A DNA stretch of 53,629 bases, filler included, from Stramenopiles sp. TOSAG23-6 (Eukaryota): the NCBI GenBank assembly GCA_900128565.1. It is 2 parts of 2 records of this genome, joined end to end, with 100 filler letters (N's around TTAATTAATTAA, not from the genome) between each part and the next. Parts side by side here need not be neighbours in the genome. Positions count along the whole stretch, not along the records: positions 26,891 to 53,629 come from LT635985.1; 1 more part is not named here. One strand, 5' to 3'. The position numbers were made by a program, and so were the translations under genes. This document shows positions 33,863 to 47,800 of this stretch, piece by piece. The first letter of the stretch is position 1. Every line of letters starts with the position of its first letter. The notes beneath the pieces are model-generated. The model had not been told where the DNA came from and did not search any database. It worked only from the letters and a program-made list of their open reading frames with translations.

Positions 33863-35983
33863 ATGACAACGATGAAAACAAAATACCTTACATCATTTCT
33901 ACTGGCTGTATTTGTCGTGAATCAAATTGAAACAGTTCATGCATGGTCCCCATTTAAGGCTTATACCGAGTATTCTACGTTATTTAAAGTATAACTGTAA
34001 TACTGAACTTTCTATACTATCATTGTTTATTCATTTTTAGTAAAGTTGACATACAATATGCGCCACATTTGGCATTTTCGATTTATTACAGTCAATAGAA
34101 TAATTATAATTATAGCATCAACATTTTTTTATTTGTTTTCAATGCAAATATTTCACACATTATATTTCGTATTTGCCAATCATAAGATATATTGCTATAA
34201 CCAATGAATCTCTCGGTAGAGTTCTGAATATTCACATTTCTTATTATTTGTATATTTTGCTACATTATATGCTGTATATAGCATTTATAACAAATATTGC
34301 TGCAACCAAGAATCTCTTGCAAAAATTATCATTCACATTTCTTATTATTTGCATATGGAACACATTTTATCGAGAATGTTCTATCTCTTGAACTTATTAC
34401 TATAACAAGAAAAACCTTTGACAAATTATCATTATTCACGTGTTTTATCATTCATTTATTATGTACATTATTTAGAGTGCAATGCTAGCTGGTTTAGGTC
34501 TCCCATTTGTGGGAAGAATGTTGAGGGGTACTTTTTATTGATTTCAAACAAAGTTGTAGTTAACTGAAGCCATAGACAAATAGTGTTATAACTCATTTGT
34601 ACTACAATTGACATATAATACAAATCATATTTGGCATTTTCTATTTATCAAAAGAAATTCAACAATTTTACGTATTTTTGTGATATCACTGTTTATTTAT
34701 TTGTATTTATAATTAAGATATTATTGCATTACATCAAGTATTTTGTATTGATTTTAAATTAGGCTGAAATATCTCATCTTTTAATAGTATTTACTCAGTA
34801 ATAAAAATGTATATATTTTCCACAGTATATGTGTATTCGTGATTTAGAATGTGACCATTGTGGCAAAAAAACACATATATCNAAAAAAACTTGGTACTTT
34901 TTACCTAATATTACGTATTTAAAATGTACTGTATAAAGTTAATATTTAATCATTTATGACGGAGTTTTGACATATTATAGACATTATCGCAAGTATTTTC
35001 TAAATTGTACATTCAATACTATATTTTTTCGACATTGATTTTTATTCAAGTGTTGTAGAGTTATCATATTGTAGATATTACACCGAGTAGTTTATATTGA
35101 TAATACATGGTACTGTTAGTTTTGCATCGTTTAAACTATTAAGCTTTACTAAGAAAAAATCAATGTAACATATTTTCCATATAATATTTGTAAAAACGGG
35201 ATTGTTGGAAATTGTGAAAAGGATTGCGGGAATCAAAGTCATCTGGTAAACAAATGGTACGTTGTTTACATTTCAAATTGTTTCTTTGAAATATTTTATA
35301 CACTTTTCAAAGTTATATTGATTTATTCATTTGTAATGCTACAAAAATATTACACTCATTTTAACAATGACGCTAAGCGTAAAGCAGATGCAGAGGCAGA
35401 GGCTAAGCGTAAAGAAGCTGCGCTTAAGAAAATAACAGAGAAGAATGGGCCCCTTTGGAAAACAGCGGAGGAGTGTAAGAGCTTGACGGCGTTATTAGAT
35501 AGTTATACAGAAAAGAAGAAGACATCAGCGCTGAAGAATGAGGAGTTGAAGAAAGCATATGGGGAGTTGGAAAAGGCTCAGGCGGCGAGAGAGGTGTCAC
35601 GGGAAAAGCTGAACTTGAAGAGCAATGGTAATAATGCGACAAAGACAGATTACACAACCAAGTCTGACTTATTGATTGCGGCAGAAGCTAAATTCAATAA
35701 TTTGAAAGCTGAAAGTGATACAGCGGGGTTGTCTAAGAAGGTGGCATTGGATGAGTTGCGGGTAGAGTGTGGGGCGCAACCACCTCCAGACATTAAAACA
35801 GACCCTGGAGCATTGCAACCTTCGAGGGGGCCTTCTTCCAGGGAGACTTCCGGGGAGACTTCAGATCCTTATGAGAAATGGGTGCCTGATAATGGCGTGC
35901 CTGGTAGATCATTATCAATGGTTCAAGGTAATTGGGCTTTCCTTCTTACAGTGTTTACTCTTAAACATATCTTAGGTGATTAA
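33863..35983 (+). CDS. Possible multi-exon secreted/surface protein; only the last coiled-coil exon (about 35369-35983) is clear
   Basis: Signal-peptide-like ORF at 33863, Cys-containing mini-exon candidates near 34476, 34825 and 35198, and a helical last exon with a hydrophobic tail. The exon chain is unresolved. Confidence 0.35.
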
Positions 35984-36698
35984 TCATTTTTTCCAGCTAT
36001 TGTAAAAAAATCAAAATATTTTTGCACATTTTTTTGTTGTACAAAATTGAGTCAGAAAAAAAACTACATTGTTAGTGAAGGTAAAATTGCGTTATATTGG
36101 CAAGAAAATAAAATCTACTAACATAATATTCTTCTTTATTTAATGTTTAATTTGTATATCTTTTATTTATTTTTGGTTGTTATGATGTCATCATATTCAA
36201 TAATATTTGCAAATGATTATTTTATCTTTGTTTCACTTTATTGTACTCAAATGATGTATCATCTCTTAGACTATCATTTTTTATAGATAATTCAACACCG
36301 ATTTCGTAGAGGAATCATCCAAATCTTCAGTAAAAGAAAAACGCGTTTGAAGGGACTGTTAAGTCTAATTAAAATCTGAGACCATTCTTGGATATTTCAA
36401 TCAAGAATAGCATCAAATCTGCTGTCAGAATTAAGCTGTGGGTTACAGAAAGTAGTGTATTGGATACTTGAAGTTGGTGTTTTTCTGTTTTATATTTTGT
36501 CAAATTTTTCGAAAAGTCGATTTGAAAAATAACGGCAAAATAACGTTCGTCGTCAAATGGATTTTTTTTCTCTCCGAAAATATAATACGAACTAGTATAT
36601 ATAGATACGTTTTTCTTTCACTTGCTATTCCCTCTTGATTTGCTTGAGGTAAAACCTTGTTATAAATAAAAAGGTAATATCTAAATATAATAATAGAT

Positions 36699-37151
36699 AT
36701 GCCAGTATCGGTATCTGATGCAGATAAAGAAACTTTCGCTGAAGCTTTCATTGTTTTTGATCGTGACGCAAGAGGAGAATTGAGTGTCGCTGATTTACAG
36801 AATATGTTCAAGTCGATAGGACAAAACAAAACCGATGATGAAATCAAAGCACAAATCCAATCAGTCGGTGGTAACGAAACTTTAAACTTGTCACAGTTTC
36901 AATTTTTCATGTCTGCGATAAAGATGATCTCTCCTACTCAAAAAGAAATTATTTCTGCTTTTTCCGCATTTGAAAGAAGTGAACATAAAACAGGTCTGAT
37001 CTCTTCTTCAGAACTAGTGAAGGTATTAACTACGACAGGTGACAATCCATTGAGTACAGACGAGGCAAATTTACTTGTCTCCGTGGCTGATGTTGATGGA
37101 GATGGGAAAATAGATTATGAAAATTTTGTAAAGTTTACTACCAAAAAATAA
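36699..37151 (+). CDS. Calmodulin-like / myosin light-chain-like EF-hand protein
   Basis: EAFIVFDRD, DVDGDGKIDYENF; 150 aa. Confidence 0.9.
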   Translation: MPVSVSDADKETFAEAFIVFDRDARGELSVADLQNMFKSIGQNKTDDEIKAQIQSVGGNETLNLSQFQFFMSAIKMISPTQKEIISAFSAFERSEHKTGLISSSELVKVLTTTGDNPLSTDEANLLVSVADVDGDGKIDYENFVKFTTKK

Positions 37152-37188
37152 AAAAACAATTAGTTGACAATTTTTATATTTTTTTTAT

Positions 37189-40100
37189 TTATTTATTTAG
37201 ACACAAAGCTGCTTGTTTCCGTATACATGGATTGGCATTTCTTAATACACACTTAGTTAGTATATTTTTGTCACCGGCATGTTTTAATATTGATTGTGCA
37301 GTTGAAATCACTTTGTTGGATGGATCATTCAAAGACCTTAAAACTATAGCAAGTACAATTTTCTTTTTTAATACTGGGATAGTAGGGTTAGGGCTACTTC
37401 TTGACATTTTGTGTAATTTGTATAAAACTTGTAAAGAAGTACATCGTATATCTACGTTATCATCAAGTGTTAAACGTCTTAATAATGTCACAATTCGAGA
37501 TAGTAATGTATTGCAAGTTTTATCGATTTCTAAAGTACTTAATACAGAAATAAACGAAACTCGAAGTTTTGAAGACTTTGACTTTGCTGCTATATCTATA
37601 ACCCATGAAACACCTTTGGACCCCATTTGCATTAGTGCGGATGCAATAATACGCGATGGAACTTTTGATGATACTAAAGTAGTTTGAATTCTAGTGGTAG
37701 AATCAATTTTATATTCTTGTTCTAGTAATATTCTCTCACTGCTCATCTTGTCATCAATAGTATTGTCAAGTAACCAATCCTCTTTAGGAAATGATTTATA
37801 GATACAATGAAGCAAATGTGGAATAGCAATTTGATGTCCCCATAAACCTAACACAGCAACTGTAGACGTTCTCACTAACCAAAAATTATCAGCAAGGGAT
37901 TCTAACAGACATAAAACAATTTTTTCAGAAAGAAGAGTATTTGTTTTTACTTGTTTCTCCGTCGTGTTTTTATTATTACCATTTATGTTACATTGATCAT
38001 ATAAGTCAACTGTTTGTCTAATAACTGGAGAACCAAATGCAGTCACCGTTGCATTTCGGATGGATTGCTCCTTATCACAAAGAGTGACAAAGAATGCTTG
38101 GATCACTTGAATGAGTTTAGGTAAAGGCAGTTGTATAGTACTTAATGTAGCTATTGATGCAATACAAACATCTTTATCTAAATCTTGAAGAGAGAATAAT
38201 AGTGCATCAATAATTTTACAATCCATTGAACTGTCACAAAGCCATCCAATCGATGATATTATTTGACGTTTTGGATTTTTACTGGTTTTCGTAGCATTAC
38301 TATAATCTCTTTTGATTGCATCATCATCAATATCATCATCAATGTACATTCTCTCAATAGGTATAATATTTGTGTAATCAAAACTTTGTTTTTCAAATAT
38401 TCTCTGAAAAGAATTTAATATTTCTTGTGGATCTAAACGGAGAGTATAATGATAAAGTTCTGAATGTTGTACGTTCCAGTACGTTTTTAAAGGACCAAAG
38501 TTAAAATCTTGCCCAAACGAATTTCTAGTCAATTCATATCTAAATTCAGAAATTGAAAAAACTTCAATCTTTTGTAGTTCTTGTATTTTTTGTATTTCTC
38601 CACGGCCTTTTACATAAATACCATTTGGAAGAATATTATTATCTTTATATAAATTGCTAATTGTAGATGATGTATATGATTTAGTGTCATCTACGCCATT
38701 TATACTTTTGCGAGTTTTAGGATATTTAGAACAAAGTTTAAGTTCTACTATTTGCTTTTGTTTTTCGATTCCATAATTTTTGTTTTTTTGCTTCTTTTGT
38801 TTTCTTTCATAATCATTATCCACGAAAATGTTTATATAAGATCGTCGTTTTGTATGAAAGTCTATACCTAAAGCCCAACAACAAATGCGTTTCACTAAAG
38901 AGGTTGTTTCAGTATTACACATATGATATACTAAAATATTTACCCCAGAGCATGGGAGAGTACGCAAAGCCCATCCAGCTGCAATCTTACATTTATGGCG
39001 TATACTACTTTTAGGGTTCTCTAATAAAAAACGTTCTAAGATCCCCCCAACTCTAATTACAATTTGTGCATACTGTTTATCAAAATCTGTGGCAGTCATA
39101 GATTTTCTCGTTTCTGTAGTGGAAATTGTGCAAAATACGTATCCTAGAGATATTATCATAGATAATTTTGTCTTTGAACAAATTACAATATCCATCTGAG
39201 AACAAAGTAAAGGTATAATACATAACTGTTGAATTTGAGGCAAATTGCAGAGGTGTGTTAATATCGCCTTATCAAGTTCTAATGTGCCATCTTTTATGAC
39301 CAACAAACATTCTTGTATTCCTAGAGTTCCTAGAGCAATTAATACATTTAAAATTTCACTTCTTTGTCTTACTAATAATTTTTTTTCGTGACTTATCTGG
39401 GGCAGAGGGTTTTTATATTTTTCAGCTGAATTTTGTTTAACATTTGTGGAATTTGTCGAACTTTGCTTAATTTCCTCCAAAACAATGTGAAAACATCGCT
39501 TTATTTCAGGTAGTAATTTGATACATTTTTCGCCTAACCTTGTGATGAACTTGAACAAAAGTGTATTAAATTCTATACTATTTTTTTTATACTCTAGAAG
39601 AAGTTTTGATTTACAAAGTGGCAAAAACTCACGATTAAAAAAGTCATTATTTTGCCTATCATTTACTAATTGCTCGACGTATTGACCATTTGTCAGTTCA
39701 AAGCATAATTCAGATAATGCGTATATGCAATCAAAACCTTTTACCATTGTACTGTTTGCTATTTGATCTAGTAATGACCGAACTCGTTTTAATGTATTTT
39801 GGAAAAATATTTAAAAAAAAAATCGTTAGGTACAAAATTTCGTACGAAAATAAATTCGATTTTTTGTTTAAAAAAAAAATAAAACATACATGCCACACAG
39901 TATGGTAACTTATGTTTTGCATCTTTATTTATATCTTTCATTGATTCATCTTTTGAAGCATTCAAAGTGACATACTTTAAATAAGGTGAACTAGAAACTA
40001 ATGTTGATGGTGCAGTATAGTCATTGAGAACGTCTTTCATTAATGGTGCAGTAGAATCACCGAGAACGTCTTTAATTTTAAACGGAAACTCTTCAAGAGC

Positions 40101-40745
40101 AACACCATATTCTCTTCCAGTATCAGTTGTAAAACCCTCAAGATCAACATCTCTTCTAGTATCAGTTGTAAAACCCTCAAGATCAACATCTCTTCCAGTA
40201 TAAGTTGTAAAACCCTCAAGATCAACATCTCTTCCAGTATCAGGTATGGGAAAACTTGACTTATACGAATTCATTTCAAGTTTTGGTGTTTTTATATTTA
40301 TATCCCACGCTATAGGAGGATGTTCTTTCTTTATTTTTGTTTGCTCATCTTGATATGTTTCCGGTACATCATCGACTATATTTGTCAACGGTTGAATATG
40401 TGTTTCAGCTCCATTTTTAGAGATAGAAAGAGGATCGTATTGCAGGAAATATTTATGTAGTGAAGTTATATTGTTCGAACAATCTTTACCCACTGTAATA
40501 CTTGGATCAGACAAACGACGACTTCTTCCAGTAAAACCATACATTCGCTGTTGTAGTTCATATGATGTGCCATATGGTGGAAAACCTGGTGAGTTTGGAG
40601 TTTTAAGATACACAGAATCCCGAAGTTTTTTGTGCTTGTTCAAGACAAGACTTTTATCAAAAGTAGCTAATGTAGGAGTTTCATCTATCCAGTCTTGTTT
40701 CCTACTAACAGTGTTTTCAAGGTGCTGCTTCGTAGCAGTATCCAT
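37189..40745 (-). CDS. HEAT/ARM-repeat protein, 2 exons (40745-39890, 39791-37189), about 1150 aa
   Basis: LQDLDKDVC, LADNFWLVR, LNDPSNKV repeats; the two ORFs join in frame across the introner. Confidence 0.8.
39792..39889 (-). mobile_element. Introner-like intron, GT...AT
   Basis: gcat|GTATGTTTT...CCAAAATACAT|taaa. Confidence 0.9.
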
Positions 40746-41104
40746 AGATAGTACTGTTGAATTTGTCAATTTTTTTGGATTGCTTCTCTATCCTCTATGT
40801 GAATATGTGAGTTCACTTGACTATGCGAGGGCTCGGATAGATTTGTTTCGATAATTCAGAATCGGAATATTGTAAAGGTAGTTATATGAATTTGGCTGGG
40901 AGGATGATACGAAAATCAAAAAATGATACGAAAACATATCCGTTTCATACTTCTTTCTATGAAAGTGAAACTGAACTGAAACGTTCGAGTCTACTACACT
41001 TTGGGCATAGGTTAGCGTGTTACGTGCTTCTCATATACTATATAATATAATAATATAACAGACAATCATATACTATAGCTATATCGTAAGGATACATATC
41101 AAAT

Positions 41105-42713
41105 ATGCTTGGACCCGTTGTTCAACCTTCTTTAGTTGCGTCAATGTCACCAAAATATGAAGGAGGACAAATATCTTTAGTCAAGTCTGATCGAGTACAA
41201 CCAGTAGTAAATGACTCAACAATAGGTGTAAATACTCCAAGTAAAAAACCAGTAGTAAATGACTCAACAATAGGTGTAAATACTCCAAGTAAAAAGTTGG
41301 GTATTCATACAATACCGTTAGAAACCAACAGCGCATTTCATTCGATTAAACCAGGAATTTCAGTATTTGTTAGAGGCAAGAATATGCCAACACCAATTCG
41401 TAAAAAACGTAGAAAAGCAGAGCGACTTTTACACAGACCTAGACCAACTACTACTAGTCATCAAAATAATAGTTTACACAGACCAAGACCAACTACTAGT
41501 CATCCTACCCCGGCCGTTTATTCTAACTCTAGTAGTCATTTTACAAGACCAAAGACCATACATGTCTCACATCGATCTTTACAAAACAAACAATACATAG
41601 GTGGAAAAAATCTTACATATCAAAATAATACAAGAATGATTAATAGAGACAAACAGTTTATAGTCACGATTCAAGGGGATTCTATATTTAACTTTAATCC
41701 TACAACAACGAGTAGAGAGAATACTAGTACTACTGATGTCTTTACAACACGAAATTATATAGATCAAAAATTATCAATGAGAAATGAAGGTGGATTATCA
41801 ATGAGAAATGAAGGTGGATTATCAATGAGAAATGTAGGTGGATTATCAATGAGAAATGAAGGTGGATTATCAATTAGAAATGAAGGTGGATTAAATCGAC
41901 CTCGACGTAGTATTGATCGTAAAAGTATACAAAAAAAAAGAAAAAATCAAAACAAAATGACAAAAAATAAAAGTAATACACAAAATACACAAAATACACA
42001 AAAAAAAGATAAAATTCCTGGTTGGAAAAAAGTTAGAGAATGTAGTAAACGTTCAACAAGAAGCAATCCTCTGGGAAGTAAGGCAAGCAGACTTTTACAA
42101 TCATTATATGGTAAAAAAACAAAATGTAGTTCGAAATCTTTTTCAAAAGAATCTTTCAATCATTATTATAAAAATCATGAAAAGACAAAAATAAATTTTC
42201 AAAAATGGGATTTTCCAAAATACACTACTCTTAACGTAGAATTGAAAGAAGCACTTCATCGACGAAATCATGTGCAAGTTATAAAACTTCGACGCCAAAT
42301 TGCGGAACTTTATTCTGGAGGCCTTCGAAAACCGACACAAAAAAGAATTGCAAAACCTAAAAAAGATTCAAAACAATTACAGAAAATAAGTTCAGTACGT
42401 TTTTTTTTTCTTTTTTTTTTTGTTTCTCAATTATTATTATTATTATTTTATAGTACATTTTGTGCCTCTAACAAATGTGAAAAAAAAAAAAAAAAAATAT
42501 ATATTGTTTTCAAAATATCATTGTTTACGACTACGTTTGTGCTCTGTGCAAGATCGTGTCACTTGTGAAAAATGGTGGTCCAATGAATCGAGACCAAGAC
42601 ATATTAGTAAAAAGAATGATAAACACCGTGAAATGAATACATTTGGTACTTCAAATCATACAATGGATTCATCATATAAAGCTTTTAAAATATGTATATC
42701 TGACTTCAAATGA
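41105..42713 (+). CDS. Hypothetical basic low-complexity protein, 2 exons (41105-42394, 42522-42713)
   Basis: Long ORF with LSMRNEGG repeats; the frame continues after a diverged intron. Confidence 0.6.
42395..42521 (+). mobile_element. Diverged introner-like intron, GT...AT
   Basis: tca|GTACGTTTT...CCTCTAAC...CAAAATATCAT|tgt. Confidence 0.7.
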
Positions 42714-42848
42714 TACAATGAATTTATTCACAAATAAATAAATAAACACAATTACTCTTCAACAAAAATATTATCCAAAATGTAGACCTCATTGCTGTTT
42801 CATCAAAGCCTATAACCCTACTAACCCTAACCTAATAAATAAACACAA

Positions 42849-44592
42849 TTACTCTTCAACAACGTGTCCTTTATACTTCATTGTTGTTTCATCAAAGCCT
42901 ATAGTTGGAAACTGACGACAAAAATCAGCAACTTCGAGCTGTAAAGATTTCAGTTTACTATCATATTTTCCCTCTGAAAGAGAGTCTTTAAATGCTTTTA
43001 AAGTTTTTTTTCCCGTACTGGCAATCACGTCATCTTGTATTTCTTTCGCAAGACAAACCCCTTTATCAACAAAATGTGCAATCATTGTAAAATCTTTCTT
43101 CACTAAACCACGTGATGTCATCGTTGGACTTCCTAAACGTAATCCAGATGGTTTTAATGCACTTTTATCTGTAGGAACAGTATTCTTATTTATTTTGAAA
43201 AAATATTTCAATAAAAAATTTTGAAAATTTGTTAGGTACAAAATTTACTATGAAAAAAAATAAAAAATCGATTTTTTTTTTTTCGGTAAAAAAAAAAAAA
43301 TAAAACATACATTTGTTGATATATTACAACGTTCCAATACAAATTCACAGCGTGCTCCATCAACTCCGCGAGAGGAGAGAACATCAAGAAGTAATAAATG
43401 ATTATCAGTTCCACCCGAAACCATCGAATATCCAACATCTTCAAAAGTATGTATTTTGGAAAAATATTTCAAAAAAAAAAAAACTAAAATTTGTTAGGTA
43501 CGAAATTTCGTACGAAAAAAAATCGAAATTGAAAAAAAAAAAGAAACATACATCAGCCATAGTTTTTGAATTGGAAATAACTTCTTCCATATATCCTTTA
43601 AATTCAGGTGAAGCAGCTTGTTTCAAGGCCGTCGCGAGTGCAGTGATAGTATGATTATGAGGTCCTCCTTGACATCCAGGAAAAACAGAAAAATTGATCG
43701 GATCTTCCAAATTATAAAAGATTTCTTTTCCTTTTTTTGTAGTCGATCTCAAACCTTTACGATAAAATATCATGGCACCACGAGGACCACGCAATGTCTT
43801 GTGTGTCGTTGTAGTGACAATATCAGCATGATCAAAAGGACTTGGTGTAACACCACCAGCAACCAATCCGCTTATGTGAGCCATGTCAGCTAAAAGATAT
43901 GCACCAACACTATCAGCAATCTCTCTCATACGAGGATAATCATAATTTCGAGAATACGCACTTGCACCAGCAATAAGCAATTTTGGACGGATTCTCTCTG
44001 CCAAAGCAGCACAAGAGTCGTAATCAATTCTTCCTGTTTTCACATCCAACTGATATCCGAAACTTTCAAAGTATATTGAAGTTGCAGATATTTTCTTCGT
44101 TGGAGTTTGATACCCATGGGATAAATGTCCACCATGAGGCAAATCAAGACCAAGTATGCGATCATGAGGCTTTAAAATTGCAGTATATACGTGAAAGTTT
44201 GCCGGAGAACCAGAAAGTGCCTGTACATTGACACCCCAGTCGTTTGGATCAAGTCTGAATGCTTCTAGTGCACGTTTTTGACACAATAACTCGGATTGAT
44301 CGATATACTCATTCCCTCCATAGTAGCGTGCATTTGGATACCCTTCTGAGTATTTATTTGACATTACCGAACCAAGAGCATCATATACAGATTGAGACGT
44401 CAAGTTTTCCGAAGCAATTAGACAGATACTGTTCCTCTGTCTATTTTTTTCTTTTTCAATAATGTCGCATACCTCAGGATCAGTCTCAGAAAGCGGAGCA
44501 TTCATAACACTAACCCAGTGTGGAACTGTAGAAAATGCCCGACTGCGAGCAACTACGGATATTTGGCGACGCCATACCGATATTAAAGACAT
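42849..44592 (-). CDS. SHMT: Serine hydroxymethyltransferase, probably mitochondrial, 3 exons (44592-43552, 43448-43311, 43187-42849), about 505 aa
   Basis: [41 protein letters not shown] after splicing, GLRLGSP; Arg/Ser-rich presequence. Confidence 0.97.
43188..43310 (-). mobile_element. Introner-like intron, GT...AT
   Basis: aat|GTATGTTTT...CAAAATAAAT|aag; restores the SHMT NKN motif. Confidence 0.92.
43449..43551 (-). mobile_element. Introner-like intron, GT...AT
   Basis: gat|GTATGTTT...CCAAAATACAT|act. Confidence 0.92.
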
Positions 44593-44848
44593 TTTAACCT
44601 TTATGAATGAGTGGTGTTTATTTACCAGACAGCGCTTGCTGAAAAGATATGTGTACACAGATGTGTACCCTAACCCTTGTGTTCTTCGATCATCAATGTC
44701 GTTTCAATTTCTTTGGATTTCTTTGAATAATTGAGATTTCGTGTTTTACATAAGAATACATTTCAAATTCTCGAATTCTTCATGATATAATACTATTCAT
44801 TATTAAAATGACATTTAAAATGACATTTCTTTTTTATTTTTTAAATGA

Positions 44849-47800
44849 TTAATTACGACGCATTTGCTCCCTAACCAAGGCAAGCATTTTTTCTTCTGTA
44901 TTGACTTCTAAATTTCCAATATATTTTTTTGATTTTTGTTTTACTCTTTTTATGTTACTAAAGATATCATGTACCTTTTTAACAAACAATTTTGTACTTT
45001 CTGCAAATGCAAGTACATCTCTTGAAAAGTTTAGAACATGTACGGCTGGTAGTTCATTTTGTATAGCTAATTGATACTTTAGTTCAACTGCATCTAAATA
45101 TTTTTGACTTTTACATACTTTCACTGCAGCTTGTGTGACAAAATGTTTTGCTGAGGCATTGAGGAGCATATATTTATCATTATTCGTTCGAAAAGTTTTT
45201 TCTTCAATATTTTGCCATACACGATTGATCTCTTCAAATATATTTCCCTCTAAATTTGGTTGTGTTATTTTCATTTTTTCTTTATTTTCATTAGAGTTAG
45301 GGTTCTCATTATTTTCATGTAGAGAAATATTCTTTTCAAATAAATCTCTTGGTACATAATTCCATCCACCTATTTTAGCAAATGTATACCCTGTTTCATG
45401 AATATTTTCCCTGATTAAAGACAGAATTTCACTAGATTCTTTCAAATATTTCACGCGATGATCAAGTCTTATTCCATATAATGATTTCATTTTTACGAAA
45501 AATGTGTTTACTTTTTCCAAATAAATACTTTTAATATGTACAATATAGCGTAGTCTATAAAAAAAGCGACGCCAAGCCGTTTGAATTATAATGGAAGAAT
45601 GATTTCTTTTTTCATGTAATTCTTTCAACCTTCTCTCTTCGGGGGGTACGATGATTTGTTGATACAGTGATCTAGTAATAAAACCTCTAATATGTGTTTG
45701 TGTTTTATGGATCCAATATTTTATCAATAATTCAGATTTCAATAATTCATCACCTATTCCTAACTGTTGTGCCAATTGTCGTTTTGATATGAAATCATTT
45801 ATAGCTGACTTATCCGTTCCATGTGTTGGAAAATATATGTCAAATTTGATTTTTTTGTTAGGTATGAAATTTAGTATGAAAAACACTATAGGTGAAAAAT
45901 TTATAATGAAAACGTACATGTTTTGTTCGATCTTTCATCTTTTTTTTCCATCGCAAAACTAAAATACTTTGTGCTGCTATAAATATTTGGAACGAATTTG
46001 AAATTAATCGCATACGACTCCAATTAAGTATACAATTTAAACTACACCATCTAAGCCATTGATCAATTGAATGTAACGTTGTAGCTTTGCCAAATAATTT
46101 TGTTGACCCTAAAGACCAAAAAATGTCGTTTTTGCCTAAATGAGAAACTTTATTTGATGGAAGTGCATGAGCACATACCGCACTGACACCTTTACGAGGC
46201 ATTGAGTCTTTTGCTATGGGTGGATCCATAAGGGCATGTATACTTTTTGGTACAATTACATCATTCCATAGACTAGAATAGCTCATTCTAAATGGAAAAT
46301 TTCGTTTTTTAATTTCACATACTTTAATCATTCCAGTATACAACAATTGTCTGTACACTGTTGAATGGTTAAAACTACACAAACCATCAATTGGGCGATA
46401 GTGTATTTTATTTGGATTAATACATCGGATGAAATGTGGATTTGTTGTACGTAATGTAGAAGACAATGTCGATATGGTTTTTAATGTTTTTCCTGCGAGA
46501 GTATTTTTGTCATCATTATATATTTCATTAAATATAGTTACAAGCAAAGGTATTTTTGAGGTCTTCATTATCGATTTTATTTGAGTCAGATTTGTATCAT
46601 TATTTTGACATAAGAAGTTGGTTGCATTATACTCAATTTTACCAACGTAATGAGTAATACAAAATGTATTGCCATACTTGGCATGTGTTGAAAACATTGC
46701 GGATGCTTTTTGTATCGTAGAGTTTGTTGTATGTACATTTCCGATTTTACCAGATTTTGTAGAATTTGTATACGAATTTTTCATTTCCTGTACAAAAGCT
46801 TTACCCATGTTGTTTTTACCCATATTATCATGAAAATTATATATACTCTTTTCTTTGATACGTGGTAAAATACCTTGGAATTTTGTACAATTTTTGGATA
46901 ATAAATTTTGACAAGGTAAAGTATCCAAATCTTCTAATGTATCCATAGGCAATTCAATACATTCCTGTTGAAATACACTTACTTCAGATTGAAACACGAA
47001 ATCATCCAATATACCTTGAAGTTTTTCATTTGCATAGTTTATACATAATTCATAGAGAGTATTTTTTGGTAAAGATTGAAACCCAAATAAATCTAAAACA
47101 CCAATAAAAGAATCACTTTCTTCATTTGTTTGTAATGCAGTATTACAAACATTTTTGACTAACCAGGAGTAAATACGCTTATATATCTCTTTTGATATTG
47201 AATTACGACGGCATTCGGCTGTATCAGTAGACTGTATTGGCATTTTAGCGAATGATTTACCTGGAAGTACAATCGTATCATTTAGTAGCAATGTTGTATA
47301 CACGTCCCTACTTAGTCCTAATAAATCAGCAACTTCATTAGCTATATTTTGGTTTACAATGGCACAACTACTCATACTATTATCAGTATCATTACAATCA
47401 TAAAATTGTATATTTTGGTTTTTTAAAATACTTGTCAGAAGTTTCCATAAAGATATGCACGTTGATGCTGAAACACCAAGTAGTTCAAGTGAAGCCTGTA
47501 TTGTGAAAAAGTATTATTTCTCTTCTACACAAAATATTAGATATGAAATATATTGTTTTTTTCAGAAAAAAAAAAAAAAAAATTCAATTTCAAAATTTAA
47601 AAAAAAAAGAAACATACCCGAACGCCAGACATTTTTGGATCTTTTCTAGAAAGTGGATTATTCATACGATTTATATCATATTCTTCACCAACACCATGAC
47701 CAATGAATGTGGAACCACCATGAGTAAGTTGTGAATAATCTTCACAAGTACCTAAGTGAAATTCATCACCTAAAGTAAAATCATCTTTGTTTTGTGCTCT

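Noticed and set aside
42849-44592. Insertions as inactivating events (pseudogenes)
   Set aside because: Apart from the RRP5/CPT2 chimera, every interrupted gene is otherwise intact with matching exon phases, and all copies are sense-oriented, as expected for spliced introns.
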